From assembly GCA_963750165.1 (NCBI GenBank), contig CAVVPN010000003.1, positions 2,528,001-2,592,000 of the forward strand: 64,000 nt of DNA, in the 5' to 3' direction. Below, in pieces: positions 1-10,800 of the stretch. Positions within the stretch are counted from its first letter, which is position 1. The number at the start of each line of letters is the position of its first letter. Made by a program: the position numbers and the translations under genes. The notes beneath the pieces are model-generated. The model saw nothing but the letters and a program-made list of their open reading frames with translations. It had not been told where the DNA came from and did not search any database. This DNA comes from an uncultured Gemmataceae bacterium (GTDB lineage: Bacteria > Planctomycetota > Planctomycetia > Gemmatales > Gemmataceae).

Positions 1-1
1 C

Positions 2-511
2 TACGCCACGCGCCGCGCCAACCAGCGCGGCCTGGGCAACGTCCGCTTCGCCGCCTGCGATGGGCAGACGTTTCTGGAGCGCCACGTGCCGCCCGGCAGC
101 GTCCGCGAGGTTCACTGCTACCACCCCCAGCCCTTCTACGACCCGGGCCAGATTCACAAACGCCTGGTCACGCCGCACTTCCTGACGCTGGTCCACCGTT
201 CGCTGGAGCCGGGCGGCCAGTTCTTCGTGCAGACGGACAACCCTGGCTACTGGCGTTACCTGGCGAGCGTGCTGCCGGTGTTCTTCGACTTCCAGGAGCG
301 GGCGGGGACGTGGCCGGACGCGCCCAAGGGCCGGACGCGCCGCGAGATCATTGCGCTGCGGCGTAGGCTGCCGGTGTTCCGCGGCTGGGGCCGCCGCCGC
401 GACGACCTCGGCCTGGAAGACGCCCTGTGCCAGGCCGAGCAGTTGCCGCCGCCCACCTTCGACGCCGACCGGCGGCTGCGCGAACTGGACCAACTGGAAC
501 CAGAACCCTGA
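2..511 (+). CDS. trmB: tRNA (guanine-N7)-methyltransferase, 5'-partial
   Basis: Frame is open from the window edge: YATRRANQRGLGNVRFAACDGQTFL...VREVHCYHPQP...HKRLVTPHFL...LEPGGQFFVQTDN matches the TrmB C-terminal motifs. Confidence 0.75.
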   Translation, partial: YATRRANQRGLGNVRFAACDGQTFLERHVPPGSVREVHCYHPQPFYDPGQIHKRLVTPHFLTLVHRSLEPGGQFFVQTDNPGYWRYLASVLPVFFDFQERAGTWPDAPKGRTRREIIALRRRLPVFRGWGRRRDDLGLEDALCQAEQLPPPTFDADRRLRELDQLEPEP

Positions 512-523
512 AAAATCCGAATG

Positions 524-1264
524 TCACTGTCGCTCACGTAACCGGTCGCGCAGCCGGGCCGCCGTCTCATACTCCTCGTTGGCGATGGCGCGGTCGAGCT
601 GCTCCTGCAGCGTCTCGTCGATGCCGTGCTGCTGCCGCAACGACTGCTCGATGCGGCGCAGGTGTTGCACCATGCCGTCGTCCTCCATCTGCTCCTCGGC
701 GCCGTGCTCGACGAAGAACGCCCTGATGCGCTCCAGGCCGCGGCGCACCTCGTCGATGGCCCGCTCGGGATCCTTGTCCTCCAGCGCCAGCGCCGCCGCC
801 GCCTGGGTGCGCTGGAAGGTGACGAAGCCACGGTAGCGCTCGTGGGCGTCGGTGTACTCCTCGCTGGGCGAGTGCTCGCGGACGAAATCCATGAAGGCCA
901 GGGTGTGGTCGGCGTCGGCGATGGCCGGCCCATAGAGCTTCAGGCCCAGCCAGCTGACGCGGCGGTGATAAAACTGCACGAACTCGCGGTCGGCATCACG
1001 GCACTGCTCCTCGTCCAGCGCGAACGGCTTGCCGGCCCGCCCCGCCTTGCGGGCCTCGTGGCGGAGGTAGTCGAAGTAGGTGACGAAACCGTGCGGCCGG
1101 GCGCCGTCGGGCCGGCCGGTCGTCTCCATCTGCAAGACCCCCAGGTCCACGCGCAACTGCAGGAGTTGGCGGCCGTCGCGCCCCTCGGTGAGGCGGGCCT
1201 GCGGCGCGCCAGGCTCGTAGTCCCAATCACGCAGGGCGTTGTCGATGTGGTTGCTCACGTGCAT
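524..1264 (-). CDS. UvrB/UvrC (UVR) motif-containing protein
   Basis: 246-aa ORF ending LQEQLDRAIANEEYETAARLRDRL, a UVR motif. Confidence 0.8.
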   Translation of the reverse strand: MHVSNHIDNALRDWDYEPGAPQARLTEGRDGRQLLQLRVDLGVLQMETTGRPDGARPHGFVTYFDYLRHEARKAGRAGKPFALDEEQCRDADREFVQFYHRRVSWLGLKLYGPAIADADHTLAFMDFVREHSPSEEYTDAHERYRGFVTFQRTQAAAALALEDKDPERAIDEVRRGLERIRAFFVEHGAEEQMEDDGMVQHLRRIEQSLRQQHGIDETLQEQLDRAIANEEYETAARLRDRLRERQ

Positions 1265-1417
1265 ATCCTCTGGGCCGCGCGGTCATTCGGGCCGGAACGC
1301 TCGCAATCGATGACCGGCGGCGCGGCCGGATTTTACGGTTGCAATGTTCCCTGCTATTGTACACAATCTGTCAACTTACGGAGGAGGCGCAAACTTGCGC
1401 GGCTCACGGAGGAGATC

Positions 1418-1735
1418 ATGGGCGTCCACATGCGCGTGGTACGGGGCCGGCCGCAGGGCAAATGGCTGTACTTCCCCCTGGGCGAGTACCTGATTGGTCA
1501 TGGGCCGGAGTGCCACGTGCGCTCGATCAGCGCCTGTCTCAGCCGCCAGCACTGCATGGTGCGCGTGACGGCTGGCGGGGCCAAGGTGCGGGACCTGGGC
1601 AGTGCGGCCGGGACGCTGGTCAACGGCACCCTGGTGCGCGAGGAGCGTCTGCTGGTGGACGGCGACCATCTTCAACTGGGGCCGCTGGTGTTGCAGGTGA
1701 GCGCGGACGGCCCGGCCAGAGCGAAGGCGGCGTGA
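1418..1735 (+). CDS. FHA domain-containing protein
   Basis: GGAGGAG SD then ATG at 1418; FHA motifs LIGHGPECHVR, LSRQHC, VRDLGSAAGTLVNG, LVDGDHLQLG. This is the 3' part of ORF 626..1735. Confidence 0.85.
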   Translation: MGVHMRVVRGRPQGKWLYFPLGEYLIGHGPECHVRSISACLSRQHCMVRVTAGGAKVRDLGSAAGTLVNGTLVREERLLVDGDHLQLGPLVLQVSADGPARAKAA

Positions 1736-1748
1736 CACTTCTTTCTGC

Positions 1749-1829
1749 ATCATTCACCACGGAGAACGCAGAGAAAAGACCGAGAAATCGGTCTTTTCTC
1801 TGCGCTCTGCGTTCTCTGTGGTGAATGAT
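1749..1829. repeat. Long inverted repeat (REP-like; possible bidirectional terminator) between convergent genes
   Basis: ATCATTCACCACGGAGAACGCAGAG...CTCTGCGTTCTCTGTGGTGAATGAT with inner stem CGCAGAGAAAAGACCGA/TCGGTCTTTTCTCTGCG. Confidence 0.7.
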
Positions 1830-1845
1830 CCGTATTAGCGCTGAG

Positions 1846-3273
1846 TCACCCGTACAGCTCGCGGATGACCCGCCCGGTGGTGAGCGGCAGCGGCCGGCCG
1901 GTCGCATCGTGATAATGGCCGGCCGGATCGACGCCCAGCGCCGCGAACATCGTGGCGGCCACATCCCATGGGCCGACCGGCAGTGTCCGCGGGTAGGCGG
2001 CGCTGCGGTCGGAGGCGCCAACCAGGCCGCCGCGAGCCACACCGGCGCCGGCCAGCACCAGCGAGTACACCGCCGCCCAGTGCTTGCGGCCCGGCGACAA
2101 CCCCGCAAACCCCCGCTCCACCGCCACCTCCGGCGCCCGTCCGAACTCCCCCATGCACACCACCAGCGTCGAGTCGAGCAGCCCGCGCTGCTCCAGGTCC
2201 GCCAGCAGGGCCGCGAAGCTCAGATCGAAGCGCGGCAGCAGCTGGTCGCGCATCACCTCGAAGATGTCGTTGTGCGTGTCCCAGCCGTACCAGTCGGACT
2301 GACTGGGGTTGCGGTCCTGGCCACGGTTGCAGTGGTTCCAGACGACGGTGATCCACGGCACGCCCGCCTCGACCAGCCGCCGCGCCAGCAGACACGCCTG
2401 CCCGGAACGGTTCAGGCCGTAGCGCGCGCGGACGGCGTGCGGCTCGCGGCTCAGGTCGAACGCCGCCCGGAAGTCGCGCGCCGCCAGCAGGTCGTACGCC
2501 CGGCGGTAGACCGTGTCCATGTCCAGCAGGGCGCGCTCGCGGCCGAGCTGTCGCTGCGCGCCATCCAGCGCCTGCAGCAGCGAGCGACGGCCCGCGGTGC
2601 GCACGGGCGGCAGTTCCGGCAGCGGGTCCAGGCCGCGGAGGGCGATCGGCTCCCCGGTCACGTCGCCGAGCAGCAGCGGCTCACAGCCGCGGCCCAGCAG
2701 GCCGGCGAACTGACCGGGGGCGGTCAACTCGGGCACCAGCGCCGGGCCGTTGACGTGGACCGCCGTGTACGGGTGGCGGGTGGAGGGGCGGACGCGGTGC
2801 AGCAGGGCGCCGTAGGTGGGCTGGTCGCCGGGCTGCGGCGGCGGGTTACCGGACTTGCGGGCGTGGAAGTGGCCGGTCAGCGTCAGATAGGTGGCGGAGC
2901 CGTGGTCCAGGTCGTCGTGCGAGGCGCTGCGGACGATGGTGTACAGGTGGGCCAGCCGGGCGAGGCGCGGCAGGTGTTCACAGAGGAGGGTGCCGGGCAC
3001 GGCGGTGCGGACGGGGCGGAATTCGCCGCGGATTTCCACGGGGGCGTCCGGCTTGGGGTCCCAGGTGTCGAGCTGGCTCTGGCCGCCGCTGGCGTAGATG
3101 AGAATGACCGACCGGGCGCGGCCGAAGCCGGGCGGCGGCTGCGGCCTGGCCTGGGCGGCGGATCGCCCGGGCCAGGCCGCCAGGCCGAGCGCGCCCAGAC
3201 CGCCGACGCGCAGCCACTCGCGGCGGGTCAGGCGGCCGCCAGCGGATGGGCTGTCATAGACGAAGCGCAGCAT
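1846..3273 (-). CDS. DUF1501 domain-containing protein
   Basis: TRREWLRVGGLG leader, ARSVILIYASGGQSQLDTWDPKP, GQACLLARRLVEAGV, GWDTH, MGEFGRAP, GRKHW. Confidence 0.92.
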   Translation of the reverse strand: MLRFVYDSPSAGGRLTRREWLRVGGLGALGLAAWPGRSAAQARPQPPPGFGRARSVILIYASGGQSQLDTWDPKPDAPVEIRGEFRPVRTAVPGTLLCEHLPRLARLAHLYTIVRSASHDDLDHGSATYLTLTGHFHARKSGNPPPQPGDQPTYGALLHRVRPSTRHPYTAVHVNGPALVPELTAPGQFAGLLGRGCEPLLLGDVTGEPIALRGLDPLPELPPVRTAGRRSLLQALDGAQRQLGRERALLDMDTVYRRAYDLLAARDFRAAFDLSREPHAVRARYGLNRSGQACLLARRLVEAGVPWITVVWNHCNRGQDRNPSQSDWYGWDTHNDIFEVMRDQLLPRFDLSFAALLADLEQRGLLDSTLVVCMGEFGRAPEVAVERGFAGLSPGRKHWAAVYSLVLAGAGVARGGLVGASDRSAAYPRTLPVGPWDVAATMFAALGVDPAGHYHDATGRPLPLTTGRVIRELYG

Positions 3274-3344
3274 GGGGGGCTCCTGAAACCTTTGGGATGA
3301 GCATACCCTCCGCGGCGGCGGCCCGTCAAGCGGCGGGTCGGAGA

Positions 3345-3944
3345 TCAGATCGGAATGCGTTTATCGCTGGCGGGCGGGGTGCCGTCCTGCTTCTCGTTCG
3401 CCTCCCCGGCCTCCTGCGGCTCGCGGGCCTTCTCCAGTTCCTTGGCCAGCACCTCGACGTGGGTGGTGGCGATCATCTCCTTGAGTTCCTTGTCGGCCGC
3501 CGCCTTCTGCAGGCCCAGGTGACCGCAGATGGCCCGCAGCATTTCCAGCATCTTGGTCGTCTCCTGTTCGCCGAGGAGGTTGATCTGCAGGCCGAGGTGC
3601 GTCCACTGTTCGGCCTGGCGGTTCTGCCGGTTCTGGCTCATGAGGATAAAGGTGGACAGGAAGATCGCTTCCAGGGCGACGACCAGGTTGAGGAACTGAA
3701 AGGGATAGGGATCGAAGGCCCAGTTGCCGAGAACCCAGTCGATGTTGAGAAGGATCCATGAGGAGAAGAGGACGACGTGGGCGATGACGAAGCGGATGCT
3801 GCCGGCGAAGGCGGTGATCGTGTCGCTGATGCGGTCGAGCGGCGTGCGCTGCCGACGGAACTCCTGCTCCAGTTGCGCCACCGACTCGATGTTCTGCTTG
3901 ACCTGTTCGGCCAGGACCGGCGTCTGCTTGTGAAACCACCCCAT
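3345..3944 (-). CDS. DUF1003 family membrane protein
   Basis: DRISDTITAFAGS...FDPYPFQFLNLVVALEAIFLSTFILMSQNRQ signature. Confidence 0.9.
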   Translation of the reverse strand: MGWFHKQTPVLAEQVKQNIESVAQLEQEFRRQRTPLDRISDTITAFAGSIRFVIAHVVLFSSWILLNIDWVLGNWAFDPYPFQFLNLVVALEAIFLSTFILMSQNRQNRQAEQWTHLGLQINLLGEQETTKMLEMLRAICGHLGLQKAAADKELKEMIATTHVEVLAKELEKAREPQEAGEANEKQDGTPPASDKRIPI

Positions 3945-4184
3945 GGCCGCCCCCGTTGCGGTCGCTTGCCCCCACGATATCCGCCCGGAAAAAAGGAATG
4001 CAATTCACGTACCGCTGTGGACGCGGGCGCGCTGCCGTGTCCGGCGGCGGTGCTCTCAACCCTTGCCCCAGCGTTTCCCGGAGGGTGCCAAAAATTATCT
4101 GAAACTTTTCTGTCGCCGTCGGGTTAAATTGTCGGGCTCTCTCTGGCCGCGGCTGCGAAGTATGTGAGACAACCGGGGCACTCC

Positions 4185-4285
4185 TTAATGAACATTTATT
4201 AATAGAAATGAGTCACGAATAGTCTTGCCACGGCGGGAAGAATTAATAACTTGATGCTAATGTGATTATATTTTGTCAACAATGC
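4185..4285. promoter_or_regulatory. AT-rich divergent promoter region upstream of the giant gene
   Basis: Sharp AT-rich island in GC-rich DNA; candidate TTGCCA (4225)-16 nt-TAACTT; lies between divergent genes. Confidence 0.5.
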
Positions 4286-4299
4286 GAGTGAGCCTTGAA

Positions 4300-4821
4300 A
4301 GGAACCCACCCTGAACATCAACGCGCTACCCGGATCAACGAGCCTCCGCCCAGTACTGGGCGTGGGAACTTCAGTCAATCAAGCGAGGAACCTGCCGGGC
4401 GGAAGCACTGGGCCTCCCCGGAACTGCTGTGAATGATTTCTGCTACCACGCTGCCGGGGTGGCCATGCCAGGTCCACGGTTTTCGGTGGCGTTTATGGTG
4501 GACCGGTCACACGGACGGATTATCTCTCCGTGGTCGCGCAGCCCGCTGGTTTCTGAGCTAGACTGGCTACCAGATCAACAGACGGGACAGATGTTTCCCC
4601 CCAACATCTTTGCTCTCGTTGCGGGCGTCGCGTCGCGCCCCTGCCTTTGCGACTCTGGGCCGTGACGCCCTGAGTCGTCAGCTACCCAAATTGCTGCCCG
4701 TCGATTACGTTGCGGATTCTCTTTTCAACCCCCCGTTCGGTGGGCCTTCCGCTGTGCCCCGAACGGGCCCTCAGACCGTCTGCGTCGATCGTACCCAACA
4801 ACCTGTTTAGCGAGCTTCACC
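4300..4821 (+). promoter_or_regulatory. Long hairpin-rich 5' leader of the giant gene (candidate cis-regulatory RNA)
   Basis: Series of stems (CGCCCAGT|ACTGGGCG, GGTCCAC/GTGGACC, AGATGTT/AACATCT, GACTC-GGGC/GCCC-GAGTC, CCCGTTCG/CGAACGGG) with recurring GCTACC linkers; no credible CDS. Confidence 0.4.
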
Positions 4822-7800
4822 ATGTCTCTCTCCTCATGGCGTAAGATAGTCCGCCTCGTCCGTCGGCCCCTCCGGTTCGCCCCAGGCCAACGACCGGCAA
4901 CCGAGTTGAGTGCCTCCCACGGCCTGCGGCTGGAGCAGCTGGAAGACCGCACCCTGCTCTCGACCTACCAGTGGCTCGGCACCTCCTCGGCGCTGTGGAG
5001 CGATCCCGGCAACTGGACCGGCGGCCCCGCCGGCACCTTCCCCAGCCTGGCCGGCGACGTCGCCCAGTTCACCGGTTCGATCACCGGCAGCACGACGGTC
5101 ACCGTCAACCAGGCCATCACCGTCGGCGAGATCGATTTCAACACCGCCAGCAACATCACCATCAACAGCACCGGCACCAACGTCCTGACGCTGGACAACA
5201 CTCCCAATCCCAACGCCATCCTGAACGTCGCCGCCACCAACACGGGCACTCAGGTTCTCAACACGCCGGTGACCGTGGCCGCCGGCACCCCCCTGCTCGC
5301 CAGCGTCTCCGGCGGCACCCTGCAGTTGACCAGCACCGCTGACGTCATCGACGCGACCAGTGCCTTCACCGTCAACCCCGGCGCCACCCTGCGCGCCAGC
5401 GCGGCGGGCGCCGGTTCGCTGGTGATGGGCAACCTGGTGGACGCTGGCGCCCTGGGCAGCGCCGCGTTGAACCTGGCCGGCGGTACGCTGACCCTCGACC
5501 CGACCGCTTCCACCGCGGCCAACGGCGTGGCCAGCGACTACATCGCCCAGACCACCAACCAGCTCAACGGCAACGACTTCCTGACCACGCCCGCCATCGC
5601 CGGCACGCCGACGTTCCAGACCGCCGCCGTCGCTGCCGCCCCCGGCCTGGCCAACACCTTCGCCTTCGGCACCAACGCCCCGGCCAACCTCGCCGGCCAG
5701 TCCTTCGGCACCAACGTTCCGACCACAGATTTTGGCGTGCGCTGGACAGGGATGCTGAACGTCACCACCCCCGGGCCGACCACGTTCACGTCCACCAGCG
5801 ACGACGCCATGAAGGTGTACGTCGATGGCGTGCTCGTGGTGAACAACAACGCCAGCGCCGGTGGTCACGGCCCCGACGCCCCCGTCTCCGGCACGGTCAC
5901 CCTGAGCGCGGGGTTGCACGACATTCGTGTGGACTACACCCAGGGCACCGGCGGCGACGAGGCCCTGCTCACCTGGACGCCCGCCGGCGGCACGGCCCAG
6001 CCCATTCCCTTCAGCGCCCTGTACGCGCCCGACCCGCTCGACCTGGGCAATGCGGTCAACGTGACGGCCAACTCCGCCATCCAGCTCAACGGCGGCAACT
6101 TCACCGCGGTGGGACTGGGGGCCTTGACCCTCGGCGCCGACCTGACCGTGACCGGCCAGGCCGGCAAGCGCCTCAACTTCAGCGGCGCCACGGCCACCGT
6201 CAACCCGGTCACCCTGAACGACACCGTGGACGTGGGCTTCGTCAGCAGCTACGCCACCAACCCGTACACCCCCGGTGTGGTGAACATCCCGAACGCCACC
6301 TTCTACAAGCAGGGTGCCGGCCAGCTTTTCCTGGACAACACCAGCACCACCACCCCGAACGTCCTGCTGGTCCTCGACATCCAGGGCGGCCGCGTCGTGG
6401 CCGTCGGCAGCAGCACGGCCAACTCCAACAGCGACCCGCTGGGCACCGGCAGCGTGCAGTTCGACGGCGGCACCCTGTCACTGGACAGCCGCAACGGCGC
6501 CGTCACCTTCGACAACGCCGTGAACGTCATGACGGTCGGTGGCACCATTGAGGACCAGGCGGACGCCCAGACTCTGGCCCTGGGTAGCGCCACGACGGCC
6601 AACACCGTCACCATCGCCAGTGGGCTGACCCTGAACGTCAACACCTTCGGCGGCACGCCCACGGCCGTCGGCAACACCGCCGGCGCCACCCTGCAAATCA
6701 ACGAGCCCATCAGCGGCGGCACCCTGGTCAAGAACAACGTCCCGATCAGCACCACGGCCAACCCCGGCACGCTGATCCTGAGCCCGGTCGCCGCCAACAG
6801 CTTCGCCAACCTGACCGTCAACGGCGGCACCGTGACCGACACCACGGCCGGCGGCCTCAGCGGCGCCGTGGCCGTCAACAACGGCGGCCAGGTGACGGTC
6901 AACGCCGCCGGCACCGCGACCAACGTCACGGGTTTCACGGTCAATCCGGGCGGCACGGTGCTGATCGACGACAGCGCCGCCAATGTCAATAACCGCCTCG
7001 GGAGTACGACGGCCCTGAATCTTGCCGGCGGCACCTTCACGCTGACGGGCAACGCCACGGCCGCGACCTCCGAGCAACTCGGGGCGATCAGCGTTCAGTC
7101 CGGTTTCTCCACCGTCAACATGAACAAGGGCGCCGGCGGCACCCTGACCCTGTCGGCGGCCAGCCTGGCTCAGACGACTGCCGGGGCGGGCGTCAACTTC
7201 GCGGCGCCCAGTGGCGGCGGCGTCTACGGCTCGACCAACCTGCTGAATGTTACCACGGCTCTGCCCTCGACCAACGGCATCGTGCCCTTCGCCACGGTCA
7301 CGGGGACCGACTTCGCCGCCGGGGGTGGCAACACCATCGCCGCCTTCGTGGGCTATGTCACGTCCCTGGCGGCGGCAACCGCCACGAGCAACGTCAAGCT
7401 CACCGGCAACGACGTGGTGCCGGCCGCCGGCCTGACGGTCAACTCGCTCATCATCAACGGCACCAACCTGAGCGTCACCGGCAGCGCCACCCTCACCAGC
7501 GGCGCCGTCCTGATCACCGGCGGCACGGACTCGGTCAACGCGCCGCTGAACATCGGCACTGCGGGCGCCCTCATCACCAACACCGGCGCCACGGCCAACT
7601 ACAACGGTCCCATCGGCGGCTCGGCCCTGGCCGTGGCGGGCGGCGGCACCACGGTGTTCAACAACGCCGACACCTACACGGGCGGCACCACGCTGGAGTC
7701 GGGCATCCTGAGCATCGGTAACCCCACCGGCCTGGGCACCGGGGCGCTGACGCTCATCAACGGCACGGTCCAGGCGAGCATCGCCACCACGGTCAGTAAT

Positions 7801-10800
7801 GCCGTCAACCTGACCAGCGCCGGCGGCCCCAACGGCACCGTGACACTCGGCGGCAGCACACCGTTGACCTTCAGCGGCGCGGTCAACCTGACCGGCGACA
7901 ACACACTGACCCTGGCCAACCCCGCGGGGACGACCTTCTCGGGGGCCCTGAGTGGGACCGGCTCGCTGACGCTGGTGGGCGGCGTCGCCAACGGCACCCT
8001 GGCCCTGTCGGGCGACAATAGCGCCTTCACGGGGGCGCTCACGCTCCAGGGCGGCAACCTGGTTCTGGGCTCGAACAATGCCCTGCCCGGCGGCGCGACG
8101 CTCAGCGGCGGGACCGTCCTGGCGAGCACCGCGGTCACCACGTCGGCGGCGCTCACGGTCAACGGGCCAGTAACGTTCGCGGGCGGCAACGCCCTCACCC
8201 TCGGCGGCGCCGTCACCACCACGGCCGGGGCGGCGCTCACGGTCAACAACAGCACCACGATCACCGGCGCCGTCACCGGGCCGCTGGAACTGGCGGGCGG
8301 CCTGGGCACGCTGACACTGGACAACAGTGCCACGGTCAGCGGCGACACCACCGTGGCCGGCGGCACCCTGAGTGTGGGCAGCGCCGCCCCGCTCGGCACC
8401 GGCACCCTCTGGCTGTCCGGCGGCACCGTGCAACCCACCGCGGCCGGCCTGACCTTCAGCAACCCGGTGCAGCTCGGCGGCACGCCCACCCTCGGCGGCA
8501 CTGTTGCCAACGCCGCCACTTTCAGCGGCCCCGTCACCCTGGCATCCGCCACCACTCTGTCGGTGACGAACGGCACCACCATCACCGGCGTCATCGGCGG
8601 CGGCCCCACGGCCGGACTGACCCTGGCCGGTGGCACGCTCAACCTGCAAGCGGCCAACACCTACACCGGCACCACCACGATCGGTGGCGGTAATTTGGTG
8701 CTGAACGGCGCCGGCGGCGCCCTGACGGCGACGAGCGGCATCGTCATCAACCAGGGCGGCACCCTGACGCTGGACAACACCGGGACCAACAACACCAACC
8801 GCGTCAACGCCGCCGCCTCGGTCACCTTCAACGGCGGCACGGGTGTCCTGCTCGGCAACGGCAGCGCGCCCACGGTCCAGGCCGTGGGGGCCATCACGCT
8901 CAACAGTGGCCAGTCCACCATCACCGTCAACACCAGCGGGCCGGGCGCCGGCTTCAACCCCGCCAGCCTGAGCCGCAACCCGGGCGCCACCGTCAACTAC
9001 ACCGGCAACGCTGTGCTGCCCAGCACCGCGACCAGCCTGCTGCCCTTCGCCACCGCCAACGGCAGCAATTTCGCGGTGATCGATCCGGTCACCGGCCCGG
9101 CCGCCTTCACCGCCTACACGACCAGCCTGCCCAGCGGCGGCGGCACCGGCACCGAGAACGTCAAGCTGACCGGCGGCACCACCACGGTCACGCAGAACAC
9201 CACCATCTTCTCCCTGGTCCTGGCCAACGGCGCCAACCTGACGATCAGCCCGGGCGTGACCCTGACCCTCGTCAGCGGCGGTCTGTTGACTGTGGGCGGC
9301 AACAGCACAATCAGTGGCGGCACCCTGGTGCTGGGCACCAACGCCACCACCGATGGCGTCCTCAGCACGGACGCGACCACGACCAGTCTCACGATCAACA
9401 GCACCATCGCCGGCATTGGCGGTCTGACCCTGAGTGGTGCCGGCACTGTGACGTTGAACGCGGCCAACACTTACACCGGGACGACCTGGCTCAACGGCGG
9501 CACTCTGGTGCTCGGCAACGCCGCCGCCCTGACCGGCGGCGCCCTGAGCCTGACCGGCGGCACTCTGCAAACCGCCGTCGCCGGCGGCGTGTCCCTGGGC
9601 AACGCCGTGACGCTGAACAACGCCGCGGTCACCTTCAGCGGCAGCAACCCCATCGTGTTCACCGCGGCCGGCAGTGTCACCCTGGGCGGCCTGAACAACA
9701 CGGTCACAGTCGGCAACGCCGCCGGCACACCGCTGGTGGTCTGGAACGGCACGGTCACCACCCTGGCGGGCGCGGTCGGCAACCTGATCAAGTCCGGTCC
9801 CGGCACCCTGGTCCTGAGTGGGGCCAACAACTACACCGGTCAGACGCTCGTCAACCAGGGCATCATTCAGGTGCAGAACACCACCAACACCGCCGGGACC
9901 GTGCCGTACACGACCCCGCTGGGCAACCCCTACGCCGGCGCCGCCACGACCGTCGCCGCCGGGGCCAGCGTGCAGATCCTCGGCACCGGCCTGAGCATTG
10001 ACAAGGCCCTGGTTCTCAATGGTGGCACGCTGGAAAACCTGACCGGCGGCAACAACACCTGGACGGGCAACATCGTCCTGGCCGTCCCGAGCACCATCGC
10101 CGTGGACCCGGCCACCACGCTCACGATCACCACCGCCACGGTCAACGCCTTGCCCAGCGGCGGCATCAGCGGCAGCGGCAACCTGACCAAGACGGGCGCG
10201 GGCACGCTGGTACTGAACGCGGCCGACACCTACACCGGCCAAACCATCATCAACGGCGGCAACGTCAACGTGCAGAACGGCCTGGCCCTCGGCCTGCCGA
10301 CCGGCCAGGGCGGCGACGTGGTTACCGTCAACGCCGGCGCCACGCTCCAGGTGCAGGGCGGCATCACCGTCGCCGGCAAGAACGTGACGCTCAACGGCAC
10401 CGGCTTCGGCAACACCGCCGGGCAGAGCGGCGTGTTGCCCCAGGGGGCACTGGTCAACCTCACCGGCACCAACACCTGGTCCGGCAACATCACCCTGACC
10501 GGCACCGCGGCCCTGACCGGCGGTGCGGTGCCGCTGCTCGCCGGCAGCAACACTGCCAGTTCGATTGGCTCCGCCAGTGGCACGGCGCTGTTCGTGTCTG
10601 GCGTCGTCAGCGGCACCGATCTGATGAAGGTTGGCGCTGGCACGCTGACGCTGCTCAACACCGACACCTACACCGGTGCCACCGTGGTGCTGGGTGGCAA
10701 CCTGACACTGGCCAACAACAACACCGCCGCGGTCGGAGCGACAACGGTCGCCGGCTCGGCGGTCAACGGTGTCACCAGCACCGTCAACGGCGTCACCTAC

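Noticed and set aside
4320..4690. GCTACC sites as RfaH ops elements, or the leader as a c-di-GMP riboswitch
   Set aside because: The GGTAGC core is on the wrong strand for the giant gene and lacks the rest of the ops consensus; I could not match a c-di-GMP-I or -II consensus.
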